A DNA stretch of 64,000 nt. Origin: a virus. Its lineage: Duplodnaviria; Heunggongvirae; Uroviricota; Caudoviricetes. The stretch is taken from IMG/VR virus record IMGVR_UViG_3300028653_000011. One strand, written 5' to 3'. This document shows positions 38,215 to 47,954 of this stretch, in pieces. The translations under genes and the position numbers were made by a program. The stretch's first letter is position 1; every line of letters begins with the position of its first letter. The notes beneath the pieces were generated by a model that was not told where the DNA came from, searched no databases, and was given only the letters and a program-made list of their open reading frames with translations.

Positions 38215-39224
38215 TCTGTGACATGAGCCGCAATGTCTTGATCACGGGTGCAGCGGGGTTTGTCGGCAGTCACCTGTGCAAACACTACCTCGATGCGGGT
38301 GACAGAGTCTGGGGCATCGACAACTTCTGCTCGTCAGACGAGCACTCTGAACACTTGGCGGCACTGAAGGCCCACTCGAACTTCACTTTCTCCATGGCTG
38401 ATGTTACCGATGATCACCAAGACTGGTTTTCAATCTTTGAATTTAACATGGATAATGTCAAGTTCGACCTCATCTTAAATTTCGCGTGTCCCGCCTCTCC
38501 TCCGTCATACCAAGACATGCCGGTTTTGACGATGATGACGTGCACACAGGGTACCGCAAACGTGCTCGACCTGGCAGATGAACACGGTGCCGTCGTCGTC
38601 CACGCATCGACCAGTGAGGTGTACGGTGAGCCGCTGGTGTCACCGCAACGCGAAGACTATAGAGGAAATGTAAATCCGTATGGGCCTCGGGCTTGTTACG
38701 ACGAGGGTAAACGTGCTGCCGAAGCGCTGTGCTACGACTACTTGCACATGTACGGCGTCGATGCGCGTGTGGTTCGGGTGTTCAACACTTATGGGCCGCA
38801 CCTCGATCAGCACGACGGCCGTGTCATCAGCAACTTCATCAGGCAAGCGTTGCAGGGTGAACCACTGACGGTGTATGGGCACGGCCAGCAGGGGCGGTCG
38901 TTCTGCTACGTTGATGACTTGGTGCGTGGCATCGTCGCGGTGGGTGACCTGCCTGCGAACCCGCAGGGACCCATCAACCTCGGCAACCCTAATGAATACA
39001 GGGTGATTGAGCTGGCGACGAGGGTGCTTGAGAAGGTCGGTGCACTTGAACGGCACCGCTTGCGCGGCGATCAAATCATCCACAAGCCCATGCCCATCGA
39101 CGACCCGACGCAGAGGTGCCCCGACATCACGCGGGCCAAAGAGCTGCTCGGGTGGGAGCCACGGGTTGGGCTCGACGAGGGCCTAGATCGAACGATAGGC
39201 TACTTTCGGCGCGTCGTCAGGTGA
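38211..39224 (+). CDS. UDP-glucuronate decarboxylase (UDP-xylose synthase, Uxs-like SDR)
   Basis: TGAAGFVGSHL, FACPASP, ASTSEVYGEP, GNVNPYGPRACYDEGKR, FNTYGP, DGRVISNF, DDPTQRCPDI. Confidence 0.9.
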   Translation: MICDMSRNVLITGAAGFVGSHLCKHYLDAGDRVWGIDNFCSSDEHSEHLAALKAHSNFTFSMADVTDDHQDWFSIFEFNMDNVKFDLILNFACPASPPSYQDMPVLTMMTCTQGTANVLDLADEHGAVVVHASTSEVYGEPLVSPQREDYRGNVNPYGPRACYDEGKRAAEALCYDYLHMYGVDARVVRVFNTYGPHLDQHDGRVISNFIRQALQGEPLTVYGHGQQGRSFCYVDDLVRGIVAVGDLPANPQGPINLGNPNEYRVIELATRVLEKVGALERHRLRGDQIIHKPMPIDDPTQRCPDITRAKELLGWEPRVGLDEGLDRTIGYFRRVVR

Positions 39225-39270
39225 GTTCTCCGCACGTGGGTGATACTTAACCACGAAGGAATTCATCACC

Positions 39271-39711
39271 ATGACGATCGATCCGGTTCAAGTAGCCGCG
39301 TATGTTACCGCTGGCGCACTCGCTGCGACGAAGTTGTTTAGTGCGTTTCAACCACTGTGGCAAAAACTGCCGCGGTGGCTCGCTGTCGCCTTCCCGATCC
39401 TCGTGTTGGATCTTCCGCAGGTTGCCGTCTACTTCGGCCATACTGCCACGACGGGATCGCTATCGACAGCGTTGATCGCTTCACTCGCCTTGCTCGTCCC
39501 GGGCGTCGCTGAGGCTGAACTTACGCCGCAGCAGGTGACCGCCGCGAAAATCGCTGCGATTAAATCTGCCGCATCTGACACCGCCGACGCTGCCCAAGCG
39601 ACGAAAGACGCCCACGCAATGCCCGTGGGTGAAGGCGCACCGATGCCGGCGACTGTTGCTACGGGTGTCACGGGCACCGCCACTGTCGTGGTGACGCCGC
39701 CGAAGGCATAA
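39271..39711 (+). CDS. Membrane protein (late; holin-like candidate)
   Basis: Several hydrophobic segments; TACTTA at 39244-39249. Confidence 0.5.
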   Translation: MTIDPVQVAAYVTAGALAATKLFSAFQPLWQKLPRWLAVAFPILVLDLPQVAVYFGHTATTGSLSTALIASLALLVPGVAEAELTPQQVTAAKIAAIKSAASDTADAAQATKDAHAMPVGEGAPMPATVATGVTGTATVVVTPPKA

Positions 39712-39739
39712 GTTCTTACGTAGAGAGTTTGTTGTTGTG

Positions 39740-39757
39740 TGGTCTCGAAAGAGACCA
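39740..39757. terminator. GNRA-tetraloop hairpin
   Basis: TGGTCTC-GAAA-GAGACCA. Confidence 0.45.
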
Positions 39758-39794
39758 TTCGACGTTAAGGGCGTAGAGTGTTGTACTATGTACA

Positions 39795-40094
39795 ATGAGC
39801 CTAAGCATCGAACGTGGTCATGAGTTTGAAAGTAATATGTTTCCCGCCGGCATTGGTGCAGCTTATGGCATTGTGATGGAAATTGATTCTAGCTCTACTC
39901 CCGATCGAATCACTGGAAAGTGGTTGATTGGTGACAAACTGCGTAATTTCTGTGCTGTTGCGCACAATGAATTTCACCTTCATCATCCTCAATCTGAAAT
40001 TGGACTGAGTAGGGCGAAGACTATTGGCCAGTGCGACTTTCTGGGTATTGACACAGTCGGCGTTGTCTCAATGTGGTATGAACAGGAAAAGTGA
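39795..40094 (+). CDS. Hypothetical protein
   Basis: AT-richer ORF; TACTAT upstream. Confidence 0.45.
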   Translation: MSLSIERGHEFESNMFPAGIGAAYGIVMEIDSSSTPDRITGKWLIGDKLRNFCAVAHNEFHLHHPQSEIGLSRAKTIGQCDFLGIDTVGVVSMWYEQEK

Positions 40095-40309
40095 GGAGAA
40101 AATACATGACGAAAAGTTACATATCAGATGTTGATGCGCAACAAGGTGACTTCTATGAAGACACTGAACATCGCGTGTATAAGTGTGTCGCAAGGTGCGG
40201 CATCACTGTGACGGAAGGAAAGACATCATACACAACTTCATGGGAGTGCGTGTCAAAGGATGTTGATCTTGCGCCCGTGGGGCATATGAAACAAACTTCA
40301 CGGCGCTGA
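40091..40309 (+). CDS. Hypothetical protein
   Basis: Coupled ORF. Confidence 0.4.
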   Translation: MRRKYMTKSYISDVDAQQGDFYEDTEHRVYKCVARCGITVTEGKTSYTTSWECVSKDVDLAPVGHMKQTSRR

Positions 40310-40324
40310 CGAAAAATTAACGAC

Positions 40325-40358
40325 CTACGGGGCGCACAATTTCTTGGGCACCCCATAG
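40325..40358 (-). terminator. Minus-strand terminator-like hairpin
   Basis: CTATGGGGTGC...GCGCCCCGTAG, an 11-bp stem whose two wobbles are G-U only on the minus strand; a T-run follows. Confidence 0.55.
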
Positions 40359-40378
40359 ATCTGGTTAGATGGTCGTGG

Positions 40379-40444
40379 CTAGCGCTTAAGCAGAGCGCGC
40401 AGCACGATGATCAAAACCAGTAGTGTCTGTAGGTTGTGAATCAC
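40379..40444 (-). CDS. 21-aa hydrophobic peptide MIHNLQTLLVLIIVLRALLKR (not in ORF track)
   Basis: SD AAAGGAGA 6 nt before GTG; TATTTA motif upstream; hairpins on both sides. Confidence 0.65.
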   Translation of the reverse strand: MIHNLQTLLVLIIVLRALLKR

Positions 40445-40476
40445 GGTGTGTCTCCTTTCTCGAAGGTGGGAGAAAT

Positions 40477-40508
40477 ATCAGGTCAACGGATGGTGCCGTT
40501 GACCTGAT
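40477..40508. repeat. Perfect 13-bp inverted repeat (5' leader hairpin of the peptide transcript)
   Basis: ATCAGGTCAACGG-N6-CCGTTGACCTGAT. Confidence 0.85.
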
Positions 40509-40759
40509 GCGTTTGTGGGGAACTATTGCCTTCACAGATCGTAAATAGGTGATGGTTGTCGTATAATACATGTTGGGATGCCTCGTCATGTTCACGAATT
40601 TTCTGTGGGCGGTTTGTGGGCACAGATAACCATTCACATTGATACGTATTCACTCATGCAACAATCCGCTTTCCGTGATACGGGTGCACACAGTGATGAT
40701 CATTCAATGATGTTTGTGCGAAGTGATCTTCTCCACCTCTCCATTGTACGATCCCACCC

Positions 40760-41209
40760 ATGCCCAGCGATTACTTGGTCGTGACTGACGCAGAACGTGA
40801 AAACGCACGCCGCAAGGCGGAGATCATGGCCGCCAACATCATCCGTCGGGGCTGTGCAGGGGACCGCTCGCGCGTGACGGTAGAAAGTGACTGCAACCGT
40901 GGCCTCATCGTCGAACAGCTCCGCAATCGAGGCGATGAGGCCTGGTGGAACGATCACTGGGAGAAAGCACAAGTGGTCGGCGATGACGGAGGCATTGACA
41001 CCCGCGATGGGACTGACCTCAAGGTTATCAGGCCAGGCAATCGCTTCGTGTTTGTGAAGCGTCGCAGTGCCCGCGCGGAGAACTATGAGGCCTGGGAACT
41101 CGACGATGAGTGCATTTTTGCGAGGCGCATGGGCACCTTCACTCGCGGCGACATTCGCGACAACATCTGGGGCGGTGTCAGCGGTGTCCTCGTCAGTGAC
41201 CTGAAGTAG
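40760..41209 (+). CDS. Hypothetical protein
   Basis: TACGAT -10 element 7 nt upstream. Confidence 0.55.
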   Translation: MPSDYLVVTDAERENARRKAEIMAANIIRRGCAGDRSRVTVESDCNRGLIVEQLRNRGDEAWWNDHWEKAQVVGDDGGIDTRDGTDLKVIRPGNRFVFVKRRSARAENYEAWELDDECIFARRMGTFTRGDIRDNIWGGVSGVLVSDLK

Positions 41210-41244
41210 TGACCTTCTCCGCCTTTCCGTGGTACAGTCTACTC

Positions 41245-41607
41245 ATGCCCAATGACGACGGCTCCGACGCAGGCCTCCGCCGCACCCACCTCCTCTACGA
41301 ACTGTTGATCACCGAGCTCATTGTCGGCAGGAATACGATCGCCGATGAATTGACGAAGTCTAAACTCGACCAAGATCCCTACTACCTGATGGGCCAAGCC
41401 TCCCTCAACGTCGCCCTGCACAGCGCTGCGTCGGCGTTGGAGGATAGCGGCCTGATCGACGAGGATTCGATGCGGTGCCGTGACTGCGGCATGCGCTTCG
41501 TCGACCACGATGAGGATACGCACAACGAAGACTTGCCCGAGATTCCGGGTGCAGCGACTTCGCCCGAGGGTTCTGCTCCCACCAAGCCGCCGAGCAAGCT
41601 GAACTGA
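41245..41607 (+). CDS. Hypothetical protein
   Basis: TACAGT -10 element 6 nt upstream of ATG 41245. Confidence 0.55.
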   Translation: MPNDDGSDAGLRRTHLLYELLITELIVGRNTIADELTKSKLDQDPYYLMGQASLNVALHSAASALEDSGLIDEDSMRCRDCGMRFVDHDEDTHNEDLPEIPGAATSPEGSAPTKPPSKLN

Positions 41608-42116
41608 TGTCTTGTGTTGTTTACGTCATTACCAATCGCGTCAATGGCAAACGATACGTTGGGAAAACGATCCACCAAACTACAAGGTGGGCAACCCATG
41701 TCAGGGCGGCATTTACAAGTGGGTCACAATATGCGATTCATCGCGCGATCCGTAAACACGGAAAAGAGAATTTTGACTTTCAGGTCGTCAGTGAGCACGC
41801 CACTGAAGAGGAAGCGTTTATCGAAGAAACTCGGTTGATCCGAGAGTTGAATACGACTAAACTGGGCTACAATATGAACGAGGGTGGGAAAGGTGGTATT
41901 TCACCGACCGAAGAGGTCAGACAAAAAATCGTTCTAAAAGCCACTGGTCGGAAGCAAAGCGCTGAACAACGACAACAGGAGAGTGAACGGACGACCGGAT
42001 CAGGAAACCCGATGTACGGTCGTAAACAGAAGCCTGAAACGCTTGAGAAGATGCGTATCAAACGTCTTGAATATTGGGCGAAGCGACGAGCTGAACGTAC
42101 GTCTAAGGTACAATAA
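41607..42116 (+). CDS. GIY-YIG homing endonuclease with NUMOD3-like tail
   Basis: VYVITNRVNGKRYVGKT, R, E, GYNMNEGG, GNPMYGRK; directly upstream of dnaE. Confidence 0.9.
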   Translation: MSCVVYVITNRVNGKRYVGKTIHQTTRWATHVRAAFTSGSQYAIHRAIRKHGKENFDFQVVSEHATEEEAFIEETRLIRELNTTKLGYNMNEGGKGGISPTEEVRQKIVLKATGRKQSAEQRQQESERTTGSGNPMYGRKQKPETLEKMRIKRLEYWAKRRAERTSKVQ

Positions 42117-42119
42117 AAC

Positions 42120-45100
42120 ATGTCACGCGTTCCGAAGAAGTTTGTTGGTCTACACGCTCATACAGGGTTTAGTCCCTTCGATGGACTTGGGTATCCGGAT
42201 GAACACTTCATCTGGTGCATGGAAAACGGTTTGGACGCGCATACTATCACGGACCATGGTAACTGCTCTGCTTATGCGCATGCCATGCTCTGGGCAGAAA
42301 AGTGGAACACTGAGCACAAAGACAAGCCCTTCAAGTATATTCCCGGCGTCGAGGCGTACTTTCATCCCGATTTGGCGCAATGGTCTCGAGATAAGGCCGC
42401 CGCTGATCAAGCCACCATCGACAAGGCCGCCGCCAAGAAGCTACGCACCAAGCTCGAGATCCTGCAGACCAAGCTCGTCGTCAATACTGACGGCGATGAC
42501 GAGTCGGAGTCAATTGAAGTCTCCAACGCCCTCACGCTTGAGGACGAGTCAGAATCGAAGAGCACCAAGCACTTCAATCCTGTCAATCGTCGGCATCACC
42601 TCGTGCTACTACCCAAGAACCCTGCTGGTCTACTGAAGATCTTCGGTCTGGTGTCGCAGAGCTATTTGACCGGATTTTACCGTTTCCCGAGGCTTGATGC
42701 CAAGATGCTGCGGGAAGCCTGTAAGGAAGGCAACATCATTGCCTCGTCTGCCTGCATTGCGGGTCAGCCTGCATACAGCGTCTTTCAAGAGGTGCAGAAG
42801 CTGAAGTTCGACGACCTAAACCAGGCGTTGCTCGACGATCCTACCACACTGGAGAAGTGCATCACTGGTGTCGGTAACACTTACGACCTGATGACGTCGG
42901 TGCTGGGCGAAGGCAATTACTACCTCGAATTGCAGTTCAATAAACTACCCGCACAGAACCTCGTCAATCGAGCCATCATCGAGTTCGCTCGCCGAGCAGG
43001 CGTCACCAAGCAACTTATCGTCACCGCCGACTCCCACTATCCACGGCCAGAGCTGTGGAAAGAGCGCGAGCTGTACAAGAAGCTCGGCTGGATGAATGCG
43101 AAGGGAATCGACGCCGATTCGCTGCCCAAGTCGAGGGACGAGCTGAAGTGTGAGCTGTACCCGAAGAACGCATCGCAGGTGTGGGATGAGTACCTGCGCT
43201 CGAAGGTGGGGACGTCGTTCTATGATGACGATCTCGTCGCTGATGCAATTGAACGCACTCACGACATCGCCCACCAAGTCATCGGCCCGGTGCCGCCCGA
43301 TCGGTCACCCAAGTTTCCGAATGAGCGGCTGATCCCGAAGGGCACCAAGTCGTTCGATCACCTCGTCAAACTGTGCAAGGAGGGCCTGACCAAGAGGGGA
43401 TTGCAGGACAAGCCTGCCTACGTTGAGCGGTTGAAGGAGGAGCTGGGCGTCATCAAGGCGATGAAGAATGCCGACTATTTCGTGTCATACCAGAAAATCA
43501 TGGAGTTGGCGCGAAAAGTGGTACTATGTGGGCCTGGGAGAGGCAGTGGTGGTGGAAGTCTCGTCGCCTACGTGCTCTACATCACTGACCTCGACCCGTT
43601 GAGGTGGGAGCTCCCATTTTCTCGCTTTCTCTCGATCTACAGGAAAGGTGCGCCGGACATCGACAGCGATCTCGCCGATCGCGACAAGGTGCTCGAGCAA
43701 CTACGCAACTTCTTCGGCTTTGAGAACGTCGTCCCGATCAGCAACTACAACACCTTCAAGCTGAAGACGCTGGTCAAGGACATCGGCAAGTTCTACAGCG
43801 TGCCCTTCGAGGAGACCAATGCAGCAACAAGGACAGTGGAAGACGAAGTTCGCAAGGCAACGATGAAGGAAAGCGACGACAAGAACCTTTTCACACTGAC
43901 TTTTGATGATGCGATGTTGTATAGCCCGTCGTTCAAGGCCTTCATCGACAAGTACCCGCAGGTCGCCGAGAGCATCAAGATCCTGTTCAAGCAAAATCGT
44001 AGTTTAGGACGTCATGCTGGAGGTGTTCTCATAACTGATGACCTGCCTAACAAGATGCCGCTGGTCGCTAGTCACGGTGAACCTCAATCGCCCTGGGTAG
44101 AAGGCGTGGGATTTAAACATTTAGAATATATTGGTGCGTTTCTTAAGTACGATCTCTTGGGTCTTGAAACTTTGCGCTATATCGAGCGCGCAATTGAGTT
44201 GATCCTGATCAAGGAAGGCAATCCCAAGCCCACCTTTCCCGACATCAAGGCGTGGTACGACGCCCACATGGCACCCGATGTCATTGACTTCAACGACCAG
44301 AAGGTCTACGAGGTCTATGCCGAAGGCAAGTGGTCGGGCATCTTTCAATGTACGGGTCAAGGCGCCCAACGCCTGTTCAAGAAGGCTAAGCCCAAGTCGA
44401 TCATCGACATCGCCGCCTTGACGTCGATCTATCGTCCCGGCCCATTGGCCGCCCACGTCGACAAGCTGTGGTTGGAGCACGAGCACACACCCTACGATTG
44501 GGGTCACCCGCTGATCAATGAGACACTGAAAGAAACGCGAGGATTGTTGGTTTTTCAGGAATCTGTGATGGCTCTCGTCAACAAGGTCGCCGGCTTTCCC
44601 ATGGCCGAGACCGACGAAGTGCGCCGTGCCATCATGAAGCGCAGCATCTCGGGAGGTGAGGCCGCCAAGAAGAAGGTGAAGGAGCTCGAGGACAGCATTG
44701 TCTCCGGCGCGGTCAAGAACGGCGTGCCTGAAGCGACAGCTCGCAAGATGTACGAGACGATATGTTTCATGAGCGGCTATGGGTTCAATCGCGCCCACGC
44801 GTGTGGGTATAGCATTGTCTCGTACTGGTGCGCGTGGATGCTGACCCACCACGAGGAACAGTGGCTGTGCGCCTACCTCGAGGCGATGTCGACGACCCCC
44901 GACAAGCGCGCCAAGGCCTTCGGCGAGGTCAAGGCCCTGGGCTACCAGATCGTGCCCATCGACATCAACCACGCGCAGTTGGGGTGGACGGTGCTGCCCG
45001 GCAAGAAGCTGATGCCGTCGATGACGTCGGTCAAGGGGGTGGGTGACTCCGCCGTCGAGGAGATCATGTCGCAGCGTCCCTATGAGTCGATCGAGCAGAT

Positions 45101-45821
45101 GCTGTGGAACGACGACGGTTCGTGGCGCCCCAGCAAGTTCAACCGTCGCGCCCTCGAGGCGCTGATCAAGGTACAGGCGCTCGACAGCGTGGGCTGTATC
45201 GGCCCCGACAAGGTCTTCAAGTCGTACCACCACATGCACGAGACGCTGATGGGTGAGTACGTTGAGACGGTGACCCGCAAGCGCAAGGGTGTCGAGGAGA
45301 CCGTCGAGATCACCCGCGAGCACGCCGCGCTGATCAAGCGGTCGAACAAGGGCGATCCCCACGAGGGCCGCAAGAACTTCTTCGAGCTGGCGCGGCGCCT
45401 GGCCGACACCCACGGTGACGAGTGGACGCGGAAGCAGCTCGCCGAGTTCAAGGCCGACTACTTCGGCACCGTCGACGTGATGACGATGTTTGACCCCAAG
45501 TACTTTGAGGCCTTCACCCGTAACGGTGTCGGGCCCATCGAAGACCTCGAGGTGGGCTCGACGGCGCTGTGTTGGTTGGTCACCACGCTGTCGGCACCAA
45601 AAAAGGGTGGGTCACCTGTCGCCGGCGTGATGAAGAAGACGAAGAATGGCAAGGCCTACCTGCAGGCCTTCGTCACCGGGCAGGTCGGCAAGCCCCTGCG
45701 GCTCAACGTGTGGGGCAAGAAGGAGCTGCTCGAACCTTATGTCCTCTATGCGGGTGAGGTGGAACGCAATGAGTTCGGCTTTTCAACTGCGGCCTTCAAG
45801 TTGAGGCTCATCGCCGGGTGA
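42120..45821 (+). CDS. dnaE: DNA polymerase III alpha subunit (family C)
   Basis: PHP domain LHAHT/DHG/GVEAY/ADSHY, GRGSGGGSL, PDIDSD, GRHAGG, KYDLLGL, SIYRPGP, GFNRAHA. Confidence 0.95.
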   Translation: MSRVPKKFVGLHAHTGFSPFDGLGYPDEHFIWCMENGLDAHTITDHGNCSAYAHAMLWAEKWNTEHKDKPFKYIPGVEAYFHPDLAQWSRDKAAADQATIDKAAAKKLRTKLEILQTKLVVNTDGDDESESIEVSNALTLEDESESKSTKHFNPVNRRHHLVLLPKNPAGLLKIFGLVSQSYLTGFYRFPRLDAKMLREACKEGNIIASSACIAGQPAYSVFQEVQKLKFDDLNQALLDDPTTLEKCITGVGNTYDLMTSVLGEGNYYLELQFNKLPAQNLVNRAIIEFARRAGVTKQLIVTADSHYPRPELWKERELYKKLGWMNAKGIDADSLPKSRDELKCELYPKNASQVWDEYLRSKVGTSFYDDDLVADAIERTHDIAHQVIGPVPPDRSPKFPNERLIPKGTKSFDHLVKLCKEGLTKRGLQDKPAYVERLKEELGVIKAMKNADYFVSYQKIMELARKVVLCGPGRGSGGGSLVAYVLYITDLDPLRWELPFSRFLSIYRKGAPDIDSDLADRDKVLEQLRNFFGFENVVPISNYNTFKLKTLVKDIGKFYSVPFEETNAATRTVEDEVRKATMKESDDKNLFTLTFDDAMLYSPSFKAFIDKYPQVAESIKILFKQNRSLGRHAGGVLITDDLPNKMPLVASHGEPQSPWVEGVGFKHLEYIGAFLKYDLLGLETLRYIERAIELILIKEGNPKPTFPDIKAWYDAHMAPDVIDFNDQKVYEVYAEGKWSGIFQCTGQGAQRLFKKAKPKSIIDIAALTSIYRPGPLAAHVDKLWLEHEHTPYDWGHPLINETLKETRGLLVFQESVMALVNKVAGFPMAETDEVRRAIMKRSISGGEAAKKKVKELEDSIVSGAVKNGVPEATARKMYETICFMSGYGFNRAHACGYSIVSYWCAWMLTHHEEQWLCAYLEAMSTTPDKRAKAFGEVKALGYQIVPIDINHAQLGWTVLPGKKLMPSMTSVKGVGDSAVEEIMSQRPYESIEQMLWNDDGSWRPSKFNRRALEALIKVQALDSVGCIGPDKVFKSYHHMHETLMGEYVETVTRKRKGVEETVEITREHAALIKRSNKGDPHEGRKNFFELARRLADTHGDEWTRKQLAEFKADYFGTVDVMTMFDPKYFEAFTRNGVGPIEDLEVGSTALCWLVTTLSAPKKGGSPVAGVMKKTKNGKAYLQAFVTGQVGKPLRLNVWGKKELLEPYVLYAGEVERNEFGFSTAAFKLRLIAG

Positions 45822-45848
45822 TGCGGGTGAATAATTAGGGTCAATTCC

Positions 45849-46346
45849 ATGGACTTTCTCGACATGTTCCACGTACCCGACACCGAAGAAGGCAAGCGCG
45901 ACATCAAGTGGATCGAGAAGGCCCACATTGTCATGTGGCTCCTCAAGGACATGTCGTGGGTCAACCATTGGCGTTGGGTGGGCATGGCGGCGATCCTGCC
46001 GACGTTGGGGTTGGCCATCAAGATCGCCTACGACAGTCGCCATTCGATGGCCGACTTTGTCCACGATGTCGCGGTGTGTTGTTGGATCAGCGCCAACATC
46101 ACCTGGATGCTGGGTGAGTTCTTTGTCAACGACGAAACCCGGCCCATCGCCAAGGTGTTCTTTTACCTCGGCGCCGTAGTAATATTGAGCTACTACGCCT
46201 ACGCAGGCTCCAAGAGGTTGCTCCATGCTCATCGCCTTCGACACCAAGTTCCACAAGCCCAAGAGTCCCTCGGGGGACGAAGTGACGCTGGCGCTCGGCC
46301 CGGGGACAGCGATGCTGACGCTGCGCTCGGACAAGTTCAACGTTGA
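45849..46346 (+). CDS. Multi-TM membrane protein
   Basis: Four hydrophobic segments; TAATTA at 45832-45837; the 3' end overlaps the next gene by about 120 nt. Confidence 0.55.
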   Translation: MDFLDMFHVPDTEEGKRDIKWIEKAHIVMWLLKDMSWVNHWRWVGMAAILPTLGLAIKIAYDSRHSMADFVHDVAVCCWISANITWMLGEFFVNDETRPIAKVFFYLGAVVILSYYAYAGSKRLLHAHRLRHQVPQAQESLGGRSDAGARPGDSDADAALGQVQR

Positions 46347-46926
46347 GCATAGGCCCGGCGCGCCGACCGAAGTGGGACTGGCCCGCTACATGACGAAGGA
46401 CGAGCTGCGAGAGCTGGCCTTGGCAGCGTCGAAGGCGGCCGATGAACTCGAGGCGCGTCAATCGCCCATCACCGTCGTGGGATCACAGGTGCCTGCCAAC
46501 GTGACGTTGGCACAGCACAACATTGACTACGTCAACAATCCCGGCATACAGGCCGGAGCGGCGAGCACCCTGCCACCCGGCGTGACGTTCGTGGTGCGGG
46601 ACCCGGGCAAAGGTGGGCTGATGGGTGGCTTCACCGAGCGCGAGCTGACGATGTTGTCGTACTTGATGGCGTGGCTCGTCAAGTCGCCGGCGTCCGCCGG
46701 GCGGTTGGTTTCCGTCGCTACTGGAACACAAGATGACTCTACGTTGCTTCCGCTCCTCAAGGAGCTACAGGAGCTGATCACTACCACGGCGATCGAGCGC
46801 AATTTTGCATCCGATCGTGTCACACTGCGCGCCGCGGCGCTGACGTGGTTGGGCAACCCACACGCTCGCAAGCATGTCATTGGGAGGTTGCTATTGACGG
46901 CACTCGACGCAGGGGAGGTGGGCTGA
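46225..46926 (+). CDS. Hypothetical protein
   Basis: Long ORF with phage-like codon bias. Confidence 0.5.
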   Translation: MLIAFDTKFHKPKSPSGDEVTLALGPGTAMLTLRSDKFNVEHRPGAPTEVGLARYMTKDELRELALAASKAADELEARQSPITVVGSQVPANVTLAQHNIDYVNNPGIQAGAASTLPPGVTFVVRDPGKGGLMGGFTERELTMLSYLMAWLVKSPASAGRLVSVATGTQDDSTLLPLLKELQELITTTAIERNFASDRVTLRAAALTWLGNPHARKHVIGRLLLTALDAGEVG

Positions 46927-47006
46927 TGTGGCTCGCCGTCCTGATCGTGGTCGCGGTGTTTAGCATCGGCTTCATCCTTGGTCAAGCTCTGGAGAGGCGG
47001 TGATTC

Positions 47007-47954
47007 ATGTCACTGTGCGGAGGTTGTGGATCTACGTTTGACCCATGGTCATTGAGTGGAAAAGGTAGATTTGTAAGTCGATGGTGTCGATGTTGTGTTG
47101 ATGGCACTAAACGTCGTCAAGTGTTTGATTGTTTAGGTTGTCATCAACACATTGATCGTTGGGTTGAAGGTCTTTATACCTCACCAACTTTTTGTAATAA
47201 GTCATGTAGAATGAAGTATGAATATGCTAACAATATTAGGCGTAATTTTCTTAATGATAAAACAACGTGGGAATGGTGGGTCAGTAAATACGGCGAAGAA
47301 GAAGCACTTCGTAGAAAAGAGCATCATCGCGACGCAACATCACTAGCTACGTCGGGAGAAAATAATCCGATGTATGGGCGTCATGATCATGTACACGGTT
47401 TGAAACGTTTTGCCAAAGAAAAGACTGGTAAAACACTTGAAGAAGTGCATGGCGTTGATCTAGCAAGGAAAATGCGCGAGAACAAGTCATTACATGCGCG
47501 TGGGTCAAATAATCCTGCGTATGGCAAGGTGTATACGAAAGGTGGAAAGAGCATTAAGGGTTACTACAAAGACAAGTTTTTTCGTAGTCTACTCGAGTAT
47601 TCATTCATGAAACATCTTGAGAGTGAGGGGTTATCGCTTAACATTGATGTTGATTATGAGTGCTTCATTGTTCCATATGTGTTCAATGGTGCTGATCGGA
47701 CATATCGCGTTGATTTTTACGTGCCAAGTCGTCATGCAGTGTATGAAGTCAAACCTGCTTATGCTATGAAAGGTGTGACGCCCATCAATGAAGCAAAATG
47801 GAGTGCAGCACGTGTATACTTCAACCAACGCGGCATACAATTTTATGTAATGTCTGAGTTAGATTTTCCAAAGATCATGTTTGATATCGCGAGACAAGAC
47901 AGCGATGTGACATGGAAAGAAGAGACGTTCAAGTATTTCAAGAGGTCAAAATGA
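47007..47954 (+). CDS. Homing endonuclease-like (Zn fingers, NUMOD3, TnsA-like PD-(D/E)xK domain)
   Basis: GENNPMYG, GSNNPAYG, FRSLLE, YRVDFY, YEVKP; AT-rich. Confidence 0.75.
   Translation: MSLCGGCGSTFDPWSLSGKGRFVSRWCRCCVDGTKRRQVFDCLGCHQHIDRWVEGLYTSPTFCNKSCRMKYEYANNIRRNFLNDKTTWEWWVSKYGEEEALRRKEHHRDATSLATSGENNPMYGRHDHVHGLKRFAKEKTGKTLEEVHGVDLARKMRENKSLHARGSNNPAYGKVYTKGGKSIKGYYKDKFFRSLLEYSFMKHLESEGLSLNIDVDYECFIVPYVFNGADRTYRVDFYVPSRHAVYEVKPAYAMKGVTPINEAKWSAARVYFNQRGIQFYVMSELDFPKIMFDIARQDSDVTWKEETFKYFKRSK

Noticed and set aside
10406-45821. Inteins or group I introns in recA, helicase, nrdJ or dnaE
   Set aside because: Lengths and motif spacing are normal, with no C...HN splice signatures or split frames.
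45849-46346. About 120-nt overlap between the membrane protein and the next ORF as programmed frameshifting
   Set aside because: No slippery heptamer seen; a non-conserved read-through tail is the simpler explanation.
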